From the NCBI GenBank assembly GCA_024683775.1, contig GCA_024683775.1_4106.1: DNA of 64,000 nt, one strand, 5' to 3'. Position numbers and translations under genes: made by a program. Source of the stretch: a phage. The notes beneath the pieces are model-generated. The model worked only from the letters and a program-made list of their open reading frames with translations. It searched no databases and was not told where the DNA came from. Below, one piece after another: positions 25,444-35,821 of the stretch (its first letter is position 1; each line of letters starts with the position of its first letter).

Positions 25444-25636
25444 GGATTTACCTAATGCATATATGTTGAAGTATAAAGAGTTTATTAAAGATGTATATGT
25501 AGATCCGTTCAATATAAAATTATCAGAGTTCGATGTATCATTTTATCTAGGGACAATAGTACAGGAACAATACGTTGATAAGCTCATAAGGTGCATGAAA
25601 AATGAGATTCGATGGAGATTAGATGCAAATGTATAA
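25430..25636 (+). CDS. family A-like small protein (68 aa)
   Basis: Motif LGTIVQEQYVDKLI; located inside array B. Confidence 0.65.
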   Translation: MSIYKDLPNAYMLKYKEFIKDVYVDPFNIKLSEFDVSFYLGTIVQEQYVDKLIRCMKNEIRWRLDANV

Positions 25637-25880
25637 AAAGATAGATGCTTATTTGTATGCTTCAAAGTACAGGGATTTTTGTTTACGAGGGGGAGAGGAA
25701 GATTTCGCTCTGAGATTATCTGAATTTAATATGTTATTTTATCTTGGTACAAAAGAACAAGAAGATACAGTACAGAAATTTCTCAATCATCTTGTACAAA
25801 AAATTAATATGCAAATTTTGATGCTTAAGTTACAGAATGAGATAAATGAATATGAATCCAGAAATAGTTCAGGATCTTAA
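25623..25880 (+). CDS. family A-like small protein (85 aa)
   Basis: Motif LGTKEQEDTVQKFL; located inside array B. Confidence 0.65.
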   Translation: MQMYKKIDAYLYASKYRDFCLRGGEEDFALRLSEFNMLFYLGTKEQEDTVQKFLNHLVQKINMQILMLKLQNEINEYESRNSSGS

Positions 25881-26256
25881 AAAAGTAATATTTCTTTTGA
25901 ATACAAGAAGCTCTTTATATAAGGAGTTCAAGGATATTAAAACATCGTGTAATATAGATTTTTTTGAAACCATACATGCGGAGTTTCGTGATTTAATTGC
26001 AGATGCATTGTTTGAATTTTCCGAGAAATATCAAGGTACAGTCTTCGGTGTTAAGAATGTTCTTCGTCCAAGTACAGGTACAAGGAAGATTGAGTTATCA
26101 CATTTTACAATTGGTAACAACGATTTATTCAGTTATAACCCCAGTACATCTTTATATTTTATTCCTGTTTCAGACAAAAATCATCCTATTCATTACGGAT
26201 GGATTATATCTTATACAATAAATGGAACGGAGTATCCTATCAAATGGCACGATTAG
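25846..26256 (+). CDS. hypothetical protein (136 aa)
   Basis: ORF; no family motif recognised. Confidence 0.55.
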   Translation: MNMNPEIVQDLKKVIFLLNTRSSLYKEFKDIKTSCNIDFFETIHAEFRDLIADALFEFSEKYQGTVFGVKNVLRPSTGTRKIELSHFTIGNNDLFSYNPSTSLYFIPVSDKNHPIHYGWIISYTINGTEYPIKWHD

Positions 26257-26396
26257 GGTGTGAAGATTATAATATGAATATATTATTAAGAAATATTAAT
26301 GCAGATTATTGTGTATGGGTTAAGAATAGAGATATGATGTATTATGATTTTTATTTAGATTGTGCCATTAAGCGTTATTTGAGGGAAGAATTTTAA
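26244..26396 (+). CDS. hypothetical protein (50 aa)
   Basis: ORF overlapping previous stop; start uncertain (track ORF 26199). Confidence 0.4.
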   Translation: MARLGCEDYNMNILLRNINADYCVWVKNRDMMYYDFYLDCAIKRYLREEF

Positions 26397-26578
26397 TGAA
26401 ATCATATGAAGCAAGAACATTTGATGATTTAAATAATTCATTGATTACAAGCATTAAGATGTATTACAATATACATTTAAAGGGTGGAATTAATGATTTT
26501 AGTTATTATCTTAGTGCAATATTACAAGAGCATTTAAATTATCAAGATCGTTTATTACATCCAAATCCACCAAATTAA
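26396..26578 (+). CDS. hypothetical protein (60 aa)
   Basis: ORF; start abuts previous stop. Confidence 0.5.
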   Translation: MKSYEARTFDDLNNSLITSIKMYYNIHLKGGINDFSYYLSAILQEHLNYQDRLLHPNPPN

Positions 26579-26589
26579 GGAATACCAAT

Positions 26590-27150
26590 ATGAATGATAT
26601 TGAGTTATTGGTACATAAGATTTGCACAATATCGTTAGTGCTGAACAATGCGAATACAGTACAGAGTTCCCTTTTAAGAATTAATAAAGTTGGGAGTAGT
26701 TTATATTTGGAAGTAAAAGCTGGTTTTGCAGGACAGTACAATGATAAAATCAAAGAAGAAGTTAAGGGAAATGAAGATGCTTTCATTGAGGTTTGTGCAA
26801 CAGTTGGTTCAAATCCAATTTCAGTATCACCTTTAATGCGAAATGAAAATTCAGAATTTGATTCCAGTTTTGAAGGTTATTTGTGGTACAATTATGGTGA
26901 TGATTATTTTATATATCAAAATTCCAAAACGGATTATAGTGAAGAAGGTATAAAATTCATTGATCCTTACAATGAAGCAGAAGTATTTCAGACATCCCTA
27001 ATATACAATACAAATCAAATGAAGTATCTTATGTTGTTTAGTACAATGCATTTGAATCCATTGAAAGATAATTTAAAATTTTTCATTCGTTTAGAATTAG
27101 TTGATATTGCTTATGATCTTTTAATGCAAGGATATAGTTATGAAGTATAA
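26590..27150 (+). CDS. family B protein (186 aa)
   Basis: Motif EAEVFQTSLIYN. Confidence 0.7.
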   Translation: MNDIELLVHKICTISLVLNNANTVQSSLLRINKVGSSLYLEVKAGFAGQYNDKIKEEVKGNEDAFIEVCATVGSNPISVSPLMRNENSEFDSSFEGYLWYNYGDDYFIYQNSKTDYSEEGIKFIDPYNEAEVFQTSLIYNTNQMKYLMLFSTMHLNPLKDNLKFFIRLELVDIAYDLLMQGYSYEV

Positions 27151-27451
27151 AATGCTGTATACATTAACATTAATATATGTAGAATTAGAATCCGATTCAG
27201 ATGCATGGAATTTGGTTAAAGAGGTCGATACCAATCAATGGTACATGGCAAATTTAGACGAACATGTTGTTACGGATTATTTTATAGATTTTAATACATT
27301 ATCTGAAGAAGAATTTTTCCAAATGCAATTGGTGGTTGACATGTACGGACATGACATGGTAACATTAAGAAATATACAGAAAGTCGTTAATGAATTCCAA
27401 AGCAAGAAAGATTATGAGGTAGGAGCGTATTATGACATCGACGTACAGTGA
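27140..27451 (+). CDS. family B protein (103 aa)
   Basis: Motif EEEFFQMQLVVD; tandem duplicate of next gene. Confidence 0.7.
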   Translation: MKYKMLYTLTLIYVELESDSDAWNLVKEVDTNQWYMANLDEHVVTDYFIDFNTLSEEEFFQMQLVVDMYGHDMVTLRNIQKVVNEFQSKKDYEVGAYYDIDVQ

Positions 27452-27798
27452 AAGCAATGAGTACAATAGTTATGATATATAAAATGCTTTATACAGTATC
27501 GGGGATATATGTAGAATTAGAACCCGATTATCCAGATGGATGGAATTTTATTAAACGCTCCGAAAGAAATACATGGCACATGGCACATTTGGATAATGAC
27601 GTAATATTAGACAATTTTGTGGATTTTAATACATTATCAGAAGAAGAATTCTTCCAAATGCAATGTGTGCTTGACACAAAAGGATTTGATGTGCTATTAT
27701 TAAAGAATATACAGAAAGCTGTTAACGAATTAATATCCAATGACGAGTTAGGCAAAGTGAGGCTGTTCCATGATCTCGAAGTACCGTACCAGCAATGA
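27448..27798 (+). CDS. family B protein (116 aa)
   Basis: Motif EEEFFQMQCVLD; true start may be the internal Met at 27472. Confidence 0.65.
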   Translation: MKAMSTIVMIYKMLYTVSGIYVELEPDYPDGWNFIKRSERNTWHMAHLDNDVILDNFVDFNTLSEEEFFQMQCVLDTKGFDVLLLKNIQKAVNELISNDELGKVRLFHDLEVPYQQ

Positions 27799-28339
27799 AA
27801 TTCAGTACACCTACGCTAATGCAATCCTAATGGGACAAAAGTTAGCTTGTATTGTTGCAGCCTTATATAATGTACAAAAAGCAGCACATAATAAAAAACC
27901 ATATACAAGAATCATTAACGCATTCATGGGGTTTAAACCATCTGATTTTGATTCACATATTGCGTGCACAAGTTATTTTGACAAACGATTCAATACACCT
28001 GATACCCCAAATGCCCGTAGTGTTATTAGTCTTTTACAGTTTAATCCAACACCAGTTATATCAAAGAATGATTTGGATTACACATGGTACAATTCAAATC
28101 AAGATTCATTTTATTCTAATGATCAATCGATTGAATATAATAAAATTAAATCAGAGGAAGCATTTTTTCAGGAATCATTATTTACACATGAACGTTCTTT
28201 GTTTTATAGTGTTATGTTGAGTACAGTATACAATAGTCCATTACACAAGAATAACAAAATTAATTTCAGTTTTTGTGCTTATGCGATTGATGGTGTTTAT
28301 GAGTGCTTAATGGAGGTATTGAGTTATGAAGCTGAATAA
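27770..28339 (+). CDS. family B protein (189 aa)
   Basis: Motif EEAFFQESLFTH. Confidence 0.65.
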   Translation: MISKYRTSNEIQYTYANAILMGQKLACIVAALYNVQKAAHNKKPYTRIINAFMGFKPSDFDSHIACTSYFDKRFNTPDTPNARSVISLLQFNPTPVISKNDLDYTWYNSNQDSFYSNDQSIEYNKIKSEEAFFQESLFTHERSLFYSVMLSTVYNSPLHKNNKINFSFCAYAIDGVYECLMEVLSYEAE

Positions 28340-28667
28340 TACATTTGATATTAAGAAGTTAAGAGAATGGTTTTATAGTATTGAAATTGAAGCCATTCCT
28401 TATCATAGATATGAACAAAGTGATTTACAAAGTATTGATATCAGAGAGTTGTACAAATATTATCAGAGTGCATTAGAGATGCATAAGTTATTTTTGAGTA
28501 CAAATTTCATTCTAAATTACAATTTTGAGGAATTTAATAATTATAATTTAGTACAGAAATATGTAGTAGCAAAGTACATGTACAATCAAGGTATCAAAGG
28601 TTGCCTCGAATTCAATACCGTTCTTATTTTAGTTGAGGTAATTTTATGCACCGCATGTCTGATTTAG
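28326..28667 (+). CDS. hypothetical protein (113 aa)
   Basis: ORF in array; no family motif recognised. Confidence 0.55.
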   Translation: MKLNNTFDIKKLREWFYSIEIEAIPYHRYEQSDLQSIDIRELYKYYQSALEMHKLFLSTNFILNYNFEEFNNYNLVQKYVVAKYMYNQGIKGCLEFNTVLILVEVILCTACLI

Positions 28668-29143
28668 AGTTCAGTTTAGATGCAGCCTTTAAATTTGTTC
28701 ACAAAATTGAAACAATATATCGTACATTATGTGCAATAACATCAGTATCAAAAGAGTTTGATGTTGGTGAAAGGTATCAGGTGTGGAATAATTCATTTTA
28801 TAATAAAGAACATTCTGCGACGGCATTTTATATTTTAGCATTTAATCCCAGCAATTGTTACCCAGAGAAGCATGAACGTTATCCAAATGACGACATGTGG
28901 TTTGAGTACAAAGAAGATGCTGATATGTCGTCAATTGTAGTTCCTGATGATTTTAATGCACAAGATTTAACAGAAGAGTGGTGGTTCCAGCAGAATTTAG
29001 TACATGATGATATTGATTTATTTTTCTATATTGCATTTAAAATGCTTTATCACAACAATATAGTTAAAGAAAGTTTATCGTTTTCATGTCTATATATTGA
29101 TGATTTGTACAATGAAATTCAAATAAACATGCCTGTATCGTAA
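28646..29143 (+). CDS. family B protein (165 aa)
   Basis: Motif EEWWFQQNLVHD. Confidence 0.7.
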   Translation: MHRMSDLEFSLDAAFKFVHKIETIYRTLCAITSVSKEFDVGERYQVWNNSFYNKEHSATAFYILAFNPSNCYPEKHERYPNDDMWFEYKEDADMSSIVVPDDFNAQDLTEEWWFQQNLVHDDIDLFFYIAFKMLYHNNIVKESLSFSCLYIDDLYNEIQINMPVS

Positions 29144-29161
29144 GATATGGGCTTTTTTTGT

Positions 29162-29190
29162 TTGACACGAGTACAAATGCATGGTACAAT
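29162..29190 (+). promoter_or_regulatory. sigma70-like promoter (TTGACA-17-TACAAT)
   Basis: Hexamers read directly; internal promoter within array B. Confidence 0.6.
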
Positions 29191-29215
29191 GTGTAATCAT
29201 TTTAAGGAGATACCT

Positions 29216-29791
29216 ATGGAAAATTTTAAAATACCAGATGATTTCAATTCAGTACAAGAGATTGTACACAAGGTTCATTATATTTTTAATGAATTAATTA
29301 TTGCCAATTCATCCGGTATGCAAATTGAGTTAAAGGATATTGATAGAGAAGAAGTTTTTTTGGGTTCCCCAAATTCAATCATTCCTTTTTATGGACAAGA
29401 TCGTTTATGGTTCATGAGAGATACCCCAATTGACAAATACAAAATACAAACAAAATCAGAGTTTTATTCTATTTTTGAATATCTTAATATTACATTACAA
29501 ACACAAGATATAAATGCAATAAGTGCCATGAGTGCTGAGGAATATTTTCAGTACAGTACATTGCATAGTCCAGAAGAAATCTTTGTTGTTATGCTCGTTG
29601 CAAAATTAAGTACAGTTGATTTTGGGACGTACCCAAATAAATCATTCAAGATTATTATTCCTGCATTCGTTGATCTTTATGATTTCATTGTGCACAAGAA
29701 AGAAAGTACAGTGTACGATATGTATCGTTCAAATATCAGTTTATTTGCATCAAGTGCAGTAAATGCAGTGATTACAGGGGAATTAAAATGA
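29216..29791 (+). CDS. family B protein (191 aa)
   Basis: Motif AEEYFQYSTLHS; SD TAAGGAGA upstream; trimmed from track ORF 29147. Confidence 0.7.
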   Translation: MENFKIPDDFNSVQEIVHKVHYIFNELIIANSSGMQIELKDIDREEVFLGSPNSIIPFYGQDRLWFMRDTPIDKYKIQTKSEFYSIFEYLNITLQTQDINAISAMSAEEYFQYSTLHSPEEIFVVMLVAKLSTVDFGTYPNKSFKIIIPAFVDLYDFIVHKKESTVYDMYRSNISLFASSAVNAVITGELK

Positions 29792-30396
29792 ACATAGACC
29801 AATTAATGAAGTACAGTACAAGTGCAATCACAGTGCTAAGTAAAGCATTAGATTCATTCAATGCTAAGTACCCTGAAGGTTCAGAGTTAAATATTCCTTT
29901 TACCACAGAGGGGATTGTTGATACGTACATTGTAAACATCAGTAGTACAGGTATTGTTTTGAAGCAAAAGTACGGCGAAAGTGAATATTATGGATTGAAG
30001 CTGGATAATATTTCAGGAGAGAAGACACCTTATGAGTTTTGGGTTCCGAATAACATTGAGTCATGGAAAACAAATATTAATAAGAGAGACGAAAGAAATT
30101 TACCTCTTGTACAAAATAATGAAAAAAGAATTGATGTATTTTATTATTACAGTACAGCCCAGTTTCCAGAAGAGATTTATTTAAATTCAGAGGTGCATGA
30201 AGATATTGAATCATTTTTCTTTCAGTTATCATTGGTACAGGATATCATGCCTGTGCAAATGTTCAGGGATGAAATAAATTTAGCGAAAGAGATTTCGGAT
30301 ATGTTACCTGAATTTAGTGTTCTTTATGGTAGTAGAGCTTTACCTGAAAATGTTTACAAAGAATTTATTTCCATTGTTAAAGGGTTGAATATATAA
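29788..30396 (+). CDS. family B protein (202 aa)
   Basis: Motif ESFFFQLSLVQD; ATGA overlap. Confidence 0.7.
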   Translation: MNIDQLMKYSTSAITVLSKALDSFNAKYPEGSELNIPFTTEGIVDTYIVNISSTGIVLKQKYGESEYYGLKLDNISGEKTPYEFWVPNNIESWKTNINKRDERNLPLVQNNEKRIDVFYYYSTAQFPEEIYLNSEVHEDIESFFFQLSLVQDIMPVQMFRDEINLAKEISDMLPEFSVLYGSRALPENVYKEFISIVKGLNI

Positions 30397-30397
30397 T

Positions 30398-30592
30398 ATG
30401 ACCGCCTATGATATCAAACAAAGGCATACGAAGTTTGATTTGTTCACATACCAATTCCACAATGATATAGTGAATTTTAACATCAATGCGTCATTGCATC
30501 CTACATCACAAGATGATTTTGACAACAGAGTGCTTAACATCGTGGTGCTTTTGTGTTATAATCATTTCAGTGAATATTTTAACACAAGATAA
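30398..30592 (+). CDS. hypothetical protein (64 aa)
   Basis: ORF between family B genes; no motif. Confidence 0.5.
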   Translation: MTAYDIKQRHTKFDLFTYQFHNDIVNFNINASLHPTSQDDFDNRVLNIVVLLCYNHFSEYFNTR

Positions 30593-30605
30593 GGTTGAGG
30601 CACAC

Positions 30606-31124
30606 ATGTATCAGGCCAAGTACAATACATCATATGCATTTGCACACAACATTTTGAAGATCATCAAAGCGTTAGAGGGTGGATTGCTTAGTCATAAGTA
30701 CACCAAAGTAGGTGACAATTGGTTCAGAAATGATGATGAGTTCAGAAGTCATAAGATTGTTTACAGCAATAATTACAGTGCTAATTACCTTCAGGATGTT
30801 GCTATGTGCTTCGAATACGTGTTACAGTTCAGGGGTTCCATCAGTCCTGAGCTAAGAGAACACATGTACATTCGATACCTACCAATGCTTAAGGATGAGA
30901 AAACAATATTCAATTCAGTACACCACAGAGTACGAGAGAGAACATTCAGGGATATTTTAGAAGATGAAGCTGCATATTTCCAGCAATCATTGATTGATGC
31001 TCCTGATGTGTTACAGATGCAGAATTTGTATAATGTATTAGATGCGAACATCGATACGGATATCTTTTTTTCCTTAAGTGATTATGAAACATTTTTGGAA
31101 GATTTAAAGGAAATAGGATTATGA
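30606..31124 (+). CDS. family B protein (172 aa)
   Basis: Motif EAAYFQQSLIDA; SD AAGGTTGAGG upstream; trimmed from track ORF 30486. Confidence 0.7.
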   Translation: MYQAKYNTSYAFAHNILKIIKALEGGLLSHKYTKVGDNWFRNDDEFRSHKIVYSNNYSANYLQDVAMCFEYVLQFRGSISPELREHMYIRYLPMLKDEKTIFNSVHHRVRERTFRDILEDEAAYFQQSLIDAPDVLQMQNLYNVLDANIDTDIFFSLSDYETFLEDLKEIGL

Positions 31125-31465
31125 GTAGATTTTCAGTTTATATAGTAAACGTCAGTAAAGATGGTAGTTTAATTGAATTTGATGTAGTTGATGACAATGA
31201 TAATTCATATGGTATTAAGGTACAGGACAATGATGTACAGTTCAGTACAAGGACAAATTTTGAGAATCCAGTCCAAGTTCCGAATTTCATAGAAGATGAA
31301 GCTGCACGATTCCAATACGAAACGGCCTTTGATAATTTAGCGATGCATATTATTATGCAACAAAGTTTAGTTCAATTGCTTCAGGTATTCAGACAAAATA
31401 TATATGTACATGAAGTGTCGATTAATGGCATTCAAAGTTCCGTTTTGTTCGGTACAAATATGTAA
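31121..31465 (+). CDS. family B protein (114 aa)
   Basis: Motif EAARFQYETAFD; ATGA overlap. Confidence 0.65.
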   Translation: MSRFSVYIVNVSKDGSLIEFDVVDDNDNSYGIKVQDNDVQFSTRTNFENPVQVPNFIEDEAARFQYETAFDNLAMHIIMQQSLVQLLQVFRQNIYVHEVSINGIQSSVLFGTNM

Positions 31466-31475
31466 GGAAAGTACA

Positions 31476-32030
31476 ATGAGTTCAATGAGTTTATTAGATA
31501 CATTAGAAAAAGACAGAAGTGCCATTAAGAGATTAAAAAATCTTGTCCAGAGCATTGCGAACAACGCTGAGAAGTTCAGTGACAATCTTAGTATAGGTGA
31601 TATAACCAGTACAGGAATAAAATCCCTGAAGTCAGATTTATTAATTCATAAGGAAGATAAATTATTATTTGTATTGAGTTCAGATTTAATGGTTGCAAGT
31701 AATGGTTTCAATTCGATATCAACACAAGATGGTAGCACAGGATTATATCTATCACAGGGTGTCCAGACGAACGAACAAAAGTGTTTTAGTTCAGGAGTAC
31801 AGAATCCCTTTAAGTTCAGTACAGAACAAGCCACAGAGCTTTTAGAGGCTTCAGAAGAGATGTTATTTCAGTACAAAACGGTTCATACAGATTTTGAATT
31901 ACGATGCATGTACGCTGTTAAGCATTATGTTCAGGAGTTCGAGAATTTAAGTTATCTTTTAGTTCGAACGAATACAAAGAACATTGGTGCATTAGAAGAT
32001 TACATTTCAAAAGTTGTTAAAGGGTGCTAA
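31476..32030 (+). CDS. family B protein (184 aa)
   Basis: Motif EEMLFQYKTVHT; SD TAAGGAAAG upstream; trimmed from track ORF 31404. Confidence 0.7.
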   Translation: MSSMSLLDTLEKDRSAIKRLKNLVQSIANNAEKFSDNLSIGDITSTGIKSLKSDLLIHKEDKLLFVLSSDLMVASNGFNSISTQDGSTGLYLSQGVQTNEQKCFSSGVQNPFKFSTEQATELLEASEEMLFQYKTVHTDFELRCMYAVKHYVQEFENLSYLLVRTNTKNIGALEDYISKVVKGC

Positions 32031-32193
32031 AGGGTGCTGATGAAAGAGTTATTTGAAGAACAGTTCGATACATATGTGGATAATATTCTTTATTCTAGCC
32101 GTGCTAGTCAACGAGGAAATCGTGCTTACAACATAGATTACCTATTAACGGTGCTGAGTTCACAGTACACCTACGCTGTGCAGAGGACATATT

Positions 32194-32397
32194 ATGGATA
32201 ATTTTAGAGATGTTGCAAAGGAGAAGTTCAAGTGCAGTTTAGATTACGGTTTAAATGATTTTCTTACATGCACAATGTACAGGAATGATGATTATGAGCA
32301 ATCCGTAATTTCGTTGCACAGATATTTCGAAATAATTTACGCAAGATATCTTAGAAGGTTAGATGGGATAGGGGATTGGAATTATGATTACGTTTGA
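32194..32397 (+). CDS. hypothetical protein (67 aa)
   Basis: ORF; no family motif. Confidence 0.5.
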   Translation: MDNFRDVAKEKFKCSLDYGLNDFLTCTMYRNDDYEQSVISLHRYFEIIYARYLRRLDGIGDWNYDYV

Positions 32398-32599
32398 AGA
32401 GCCGGAAGTGGTATATTGCTTTAGTGTGAAAGGTTTTGAATACATGATGGATTCGATTTTGAAGGATACATATTTGGTTCAGATTGCAGATGCAGATAAT
32501 GCAGTACAACGAGTATTGAATATATACGAGAAGACGAGTCGAAGGCTTTGTGCGATGAAAAGGATTGAAGAAATCAAGCTTTCTAGGCTGAATAAATAG
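32384..32599 (+). CDS. hypothetical protein (71 aa)
   Basis: ORF overlapping previous; no family motif. Confidence 0.5.
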   Translation: MITFEEPEVVYCFSVKGFEYMMDSILKDTYLVQIADADNAVQRVLNIYEKTSRRLCAMKRIEEIKLSRLNK

Positions 32600-32758
32600 A
32601 GACGTTTAGTTTTCACAGGCCGCAGGGGGGGTCAAAAAAATTTTCGCTGAAAAACATGTTAAGGTATATGTTTAATATAAAGTTTTAAAATGTGTTTTCA
32701 GAGTACAGTTCATGTTTCCTGAAACAAAAAATACCCCGCCGCAAACGTTCTCCTTATA

Positions 32759-33172
32759 TTGGAGTTTACCTTATTAATTACAGTAGAGATTATTATGGAA
32801 ATAAAATATAAAGAATTTTGTATAGGGACATGGATGTACACGGGTGAGTTGATTACGTGTTGTAATTTGTACAAAGGTGATTTAAACTACACAAGGGGCA
32901 AGGTTATAAAGTTCTGGAATTCACAATTTTATTTAATGGATCTTGGTACTGGATTTAGTTGTAAAGCAACCGATATGCTGGACTATACCTTAATGGATGA
33001 TGCTGCACTATTTCAGGAGTCATTAGTATTTGACAAGAAGTACATCTGTACATTAGAAGAGATTGTTGAAATCCAGCGTAGAATTAAATGCATTCACAGG
33101 GAATGTATAGATAAATGGTGTAAAACTGGTGAAACTAATTTTAGTAATCATTTCAATCTAGGGGAAGAGTGA
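32759..33172 (+). CDS. family B protein (about 137 aa)
   Basis: Motif DAALFQESLVFD; track start is TTG, first ATG at 32795; N-terminus aligns with paralog 33169 from the TTG. Confidence 0.6.
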   Translation: MEFTLLITVEIIMEIKYKEFCIGTWMYTGELITCCNLYKGDLNYTRGKVIKFWNSQFYLMDLGTGFSCKATDMLDYTLMDDAALFQESLVFDKKYICTLEEIVEIQRRIKCIHRECIDKWCKTGETNFSNHFNLGEE

Positions 33173-33525
33173 TGGAATTTGATTTTGTAATATCAGTACA
33201 TTCTTTTAAGAACAGTTTTCAGTACTTTTGTAATTTAAACAAAGGTGATTTGATGCACAGTGCAAATGAGTATATTCATTTCACTCAGGGTAAATTTACA
33301 TTCATTGATTACAATTCATTACAGTATCCGCATCAGGATATGCCGGATTATACAGTAATGGATGCCGCTGAACTATTTCAGGAGTCATTAGTATTTGATA
33401 AGAAGTACTTGTGTACATTTGAAGAAGTTATTGCAATACAAAATGAAATGAAAGAGTATGCTTCTTTGAATAAAGGCAATGTCAGTATTAATCAAGAATA
33501 CAAATTCAATATAGGAATTACATAA
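33169..33525 (+). CDS. family B protein (118 aa)
   Basis: Motif AAELFQESLVFD; ATGA overlap. Confidence 0.7.
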   Translation: MMEFDFVISVHSFKNSFQYFCNLNKGDLMHSANEYIHFTQGKFTFIDYNSLQYPHQDMPDYTVMDAAELFQESLVFDKKYLCTFEEVIAIQNEMKEYASLNKGNVSINQEYKFNIGIT

Positions 33526-33890
33526 TGACATATGATTATTCAATGTACGTTTGCAAGTCCAGAACGGGGTGGGATTTGTGCTGTAATCTTGTCAAGGGTG
33601 ATTCGGAACATGAGTTGAGTTTATATATTCAGTACTCGGATTTGTGTTTTAATTTCATTGATGTATTGCATGATGACTTCGACTATAACTCTGAAAGTAT
33701 TACAGATTATACAGTACTGGATGATGTTGAACTATTTCAAGCTTCTTTGGTGTTTGACAAGAATAAGTACTCATGTACAATAGAAGATATGATTTTTATA
33801 CAAAATGAAATGAAGAGATATGTTAAAGAAAACACCTTTGATACATCTACCACAACAACAAGTAACTATTATTTCAATGCAGGTAAGTAA
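33525..33890 (+). CDS. family B protein (121 aa)
   Basis: Motif DVELFQASLVFD. Confidence 0.7.
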   Translation: MTYDYSMYVCKSRTGWDLCCNLVKGDSEHELSLYIQYSDLCFNFIDVLHDDFDYNSESITDYTVLDDVELFQASLVFDKNKYSCTIEDMIFIQNEMKRYVKENTFDTSTTTTSNYYFNAGK

Positions 33891-33891
33891 T

Positions 33892-34236
33892 ATGGAATAT
33901 GATTTTTCTATGTTTATACCTAAGATTAGTACTTCACTGGAAGTGTATTGCAATCTTAACAAAGGTGATTATGAACACAAAATGGATCAGTACATTAAAT
34001 TTAATGGTTCTTACTTTAGCTTCATTGATTATCAGGCCAAAGGAACAGTTGTAGAAAATATGAAAGACTATACAACTGTACAGGGTGAGGCTGAAATATT
34101 TCAAGAGTCATTAATATTTGACAAGAAGTACTTGTGTACACTAGAGGAAGTCATTGAACTCCAACAGAAGATGAAAGAATATAGAAGAATCTGTATAGAG
34201 ACTGATTCCAAAGATAGGTATCGTTTTAAGATATGA
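33892..34236 (+). CDS. family B protein (114 aa)
   Basis: Motif EAEIFQESLIFD; trimmed from track ORF 33820. Confidence 0.7.
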   Translation: MEYDFSMFIPKISTSLEVYCNLNKGDYEHKMDQYIKFNGSYFSFIDYQAKGTVVENMKDYTTVQGEAEIFQESLIFDKKYLCTLEEVIELQQKMKEYRRICIETDSKDRYRFKI

Positions 34237-34418
34237 ATAAAAAAGAACAAATGGAATCATTCATGAATACAATACTTCGACGATTCGTAATTGATATTAG
34301 ACATAACAACAGCATTAGGAATGACATGTACTTCGGTACATATGATATTAGTGAATTGTATATAGCTAATATTCACATGGTTTACCGAGATTATATCAAG
34401 ACACAACACAGGAGTTGA
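34233..34418 (+). CDS. hypothetical protein (61 aa)
   Basis: ORF with ATGA overlap; possibly a divergent family A relative (MYFGTYD). Confidence 0.5.
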   Translation: MNKKEQMESFMNTILRRFVIDIRHNNSIRNDMYFGTYDISELYIANIHMVYRDYIKTQHRS

Positions 34419-34419
34419 T

Positions 34420-34890
34420 ATGAGTTTTGCAAGAGCATTAGAAATTGCTAAGTTAATTGATTTATGTAAAAAGGAAATAGTACTCAATCAACTCAATGGG
34501 TATCTATTCAAGGAAGGTAAAGCTTATTGTCGAATGATATACGATGACAGTAGTGAGTACATTCACATGTACGAAGAAAACTTAGATTCTTCTGAAACAA
34601 CACTCAATGGGTGTGATGTTAATCTGGAAGATAATTACATGTACTTCTGTCGTGATGCTGATATTTTAATACAAGATTCTGACATTATAACTGGTGCAGC
34701 AGAGCAACATCTCCCGTATTCAGTACTGGATAATGACTGGGGAAGTGAAGAGTTCTACTTCCAGCAGAATACTATCTACGAGGAATATGTGCTTGACAAG
34801 CTTGTCATTCTGTGGTACTTTAATAATACCGATTGTCCTAGCTTCTATCTGGACTTGGATCTACTACGAGTTATTAAAGAGGATATATGA
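34420..34890 (+). CDS. family B protein, MSxxSAL subgroup (156 aa)
   Basis: Motif SEEFYFQQNTIY followed by LVILWYFNN. Confidence 0.7.
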   Translation: MSFARALEIAKLIDLCKKEIVLNQLNGYLFKEGKAYCRMIYDDSSEYIHMYEENLDSSETTLNGCDVNLEDNYMYFCRDADILIQDSDIITGAAEQHLPYSVLDNDWGSEEFYFQQNTIYEEYVLDKLVILWYFNNTDCPSFYLDLDLLRVIKEDI

Positions 34891-35327
34891 GTTTAGCAAG
34901 TGCACTTAAACTGGCACACAAAATACATCACTTCCACGATAACATAAAAAGTGGTTTCTATGGTGATAAAGTAAGTGCATTTGGTAATGAGTATTATCTA
35001 TCAGGTATAAAGACATACTCTGATGATATTTTACTTATGGGCCATGATAAAGACAATACTATACAGTACTCTTCATGTAGTCAATATACTAGTTTTTTTG
35101 TATATATTCCAGGTACTAAGATTACTTTTGACACATCAAATACACCTGTTGACTTCGGGGTACTTGATGGGCCGTGGGGTACTGAAGAGTATTACTTCCA
35201 ACAGAGTCTTATTTTTAACCAAGAAATGCTTGATTCCTTGGTTGTTTTGTGGTACTTTAAGGAATTGAATTTTGAACCCTTCTTCCTTGACTGGGGAGCA
35301 TGTGAATATTTAAGTACAGGGGATTAG
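34887..35327 (+). CDS. family B protein, MSxxSAL subgroup (146 aa)
   Basis: Motif TEEYYFQQSLIF followed by LVVLWYFKE. Confidence 0.7.
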   Translation: MSLASALKLAHKIHHFHDNIKSGFYGDKVSAFGNEYYLSGIKTYSDDILLMGHDKDNTIQYSSCSQYTSFFVYIPGTKITFDTSNTPVDFGVLDGPWGTEEYYFQQSLIFNQEMLDSLVVLWYFKELNFEPFFLDWGACEYLSTGD

Positions 35328-35329
35328 TA

Positions 35330-35821
35330 ATGTCATTAGAAAGTGCATTGAAAGAAGCAAAGAAGATTCATGAGTACATGATTATGGTACAAGAAGGTTC
35401 AGTGCCTGGTGTGTATAAAACATCTGATACTGAATTTTTTGTAAAAGACCGCGACGATTATGATGAGTCAGAGATATGTGCAGAAACGTTAGTACTACAC
35501 ACTGATACGGGTGATACTGATGACTGTGAATATCATATGTACAATCAGTACATTAGTTATTGTAGAGATGAAGATATTATAATTTACAGCCCTGATTACG
35601 ATGATGATGACACAATCATTCCGTATTCAGTACTAGAAGGTCCGTGGGATAGTGAAGAATATTACTTCCAGAACAGTACTGTGTACAATGAAGAAGAATT
35701 AGATGTTATTGTAATTATGTGGTACTTTAAAAGTATTGGTTCTGATAGTTTCTATTTCGATTATGAATACGTAGAGAATACTGTAGGGGAAGATAATGTC
35801 ATTACAAAGTGCACTGGATAA
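35330..35821 (+). CDS. family B protein, MSxxSAL subgroup (163 aa)
   Basis: Motif SEEYYFQNSTVY followed by IVIMWYFKS. Confidence 0.7.
   Translation: MSLESALKEAKKIHEYMIMVQEGSVPGVYKTSDTEFFVKDRDDYDESEICAETLVLHTDTGDTDDCEYHMYNQYISYCRDEDIIIYSPDYDDDDTIIPYSVLEGPWDSEEYYFQNSTVYNEEELDVIVIMWYFKSIGSDSFYFDYEYVENTVGEDNVITKCTG

Noticed and set aside
32617-32632. G7 homopolymer and shared CCCCTGCGG segment (32617-32632 and 55905-55918) as a repeat family
   Set aside because: Only two short copies in opposite orientation; too little to separate from chance.
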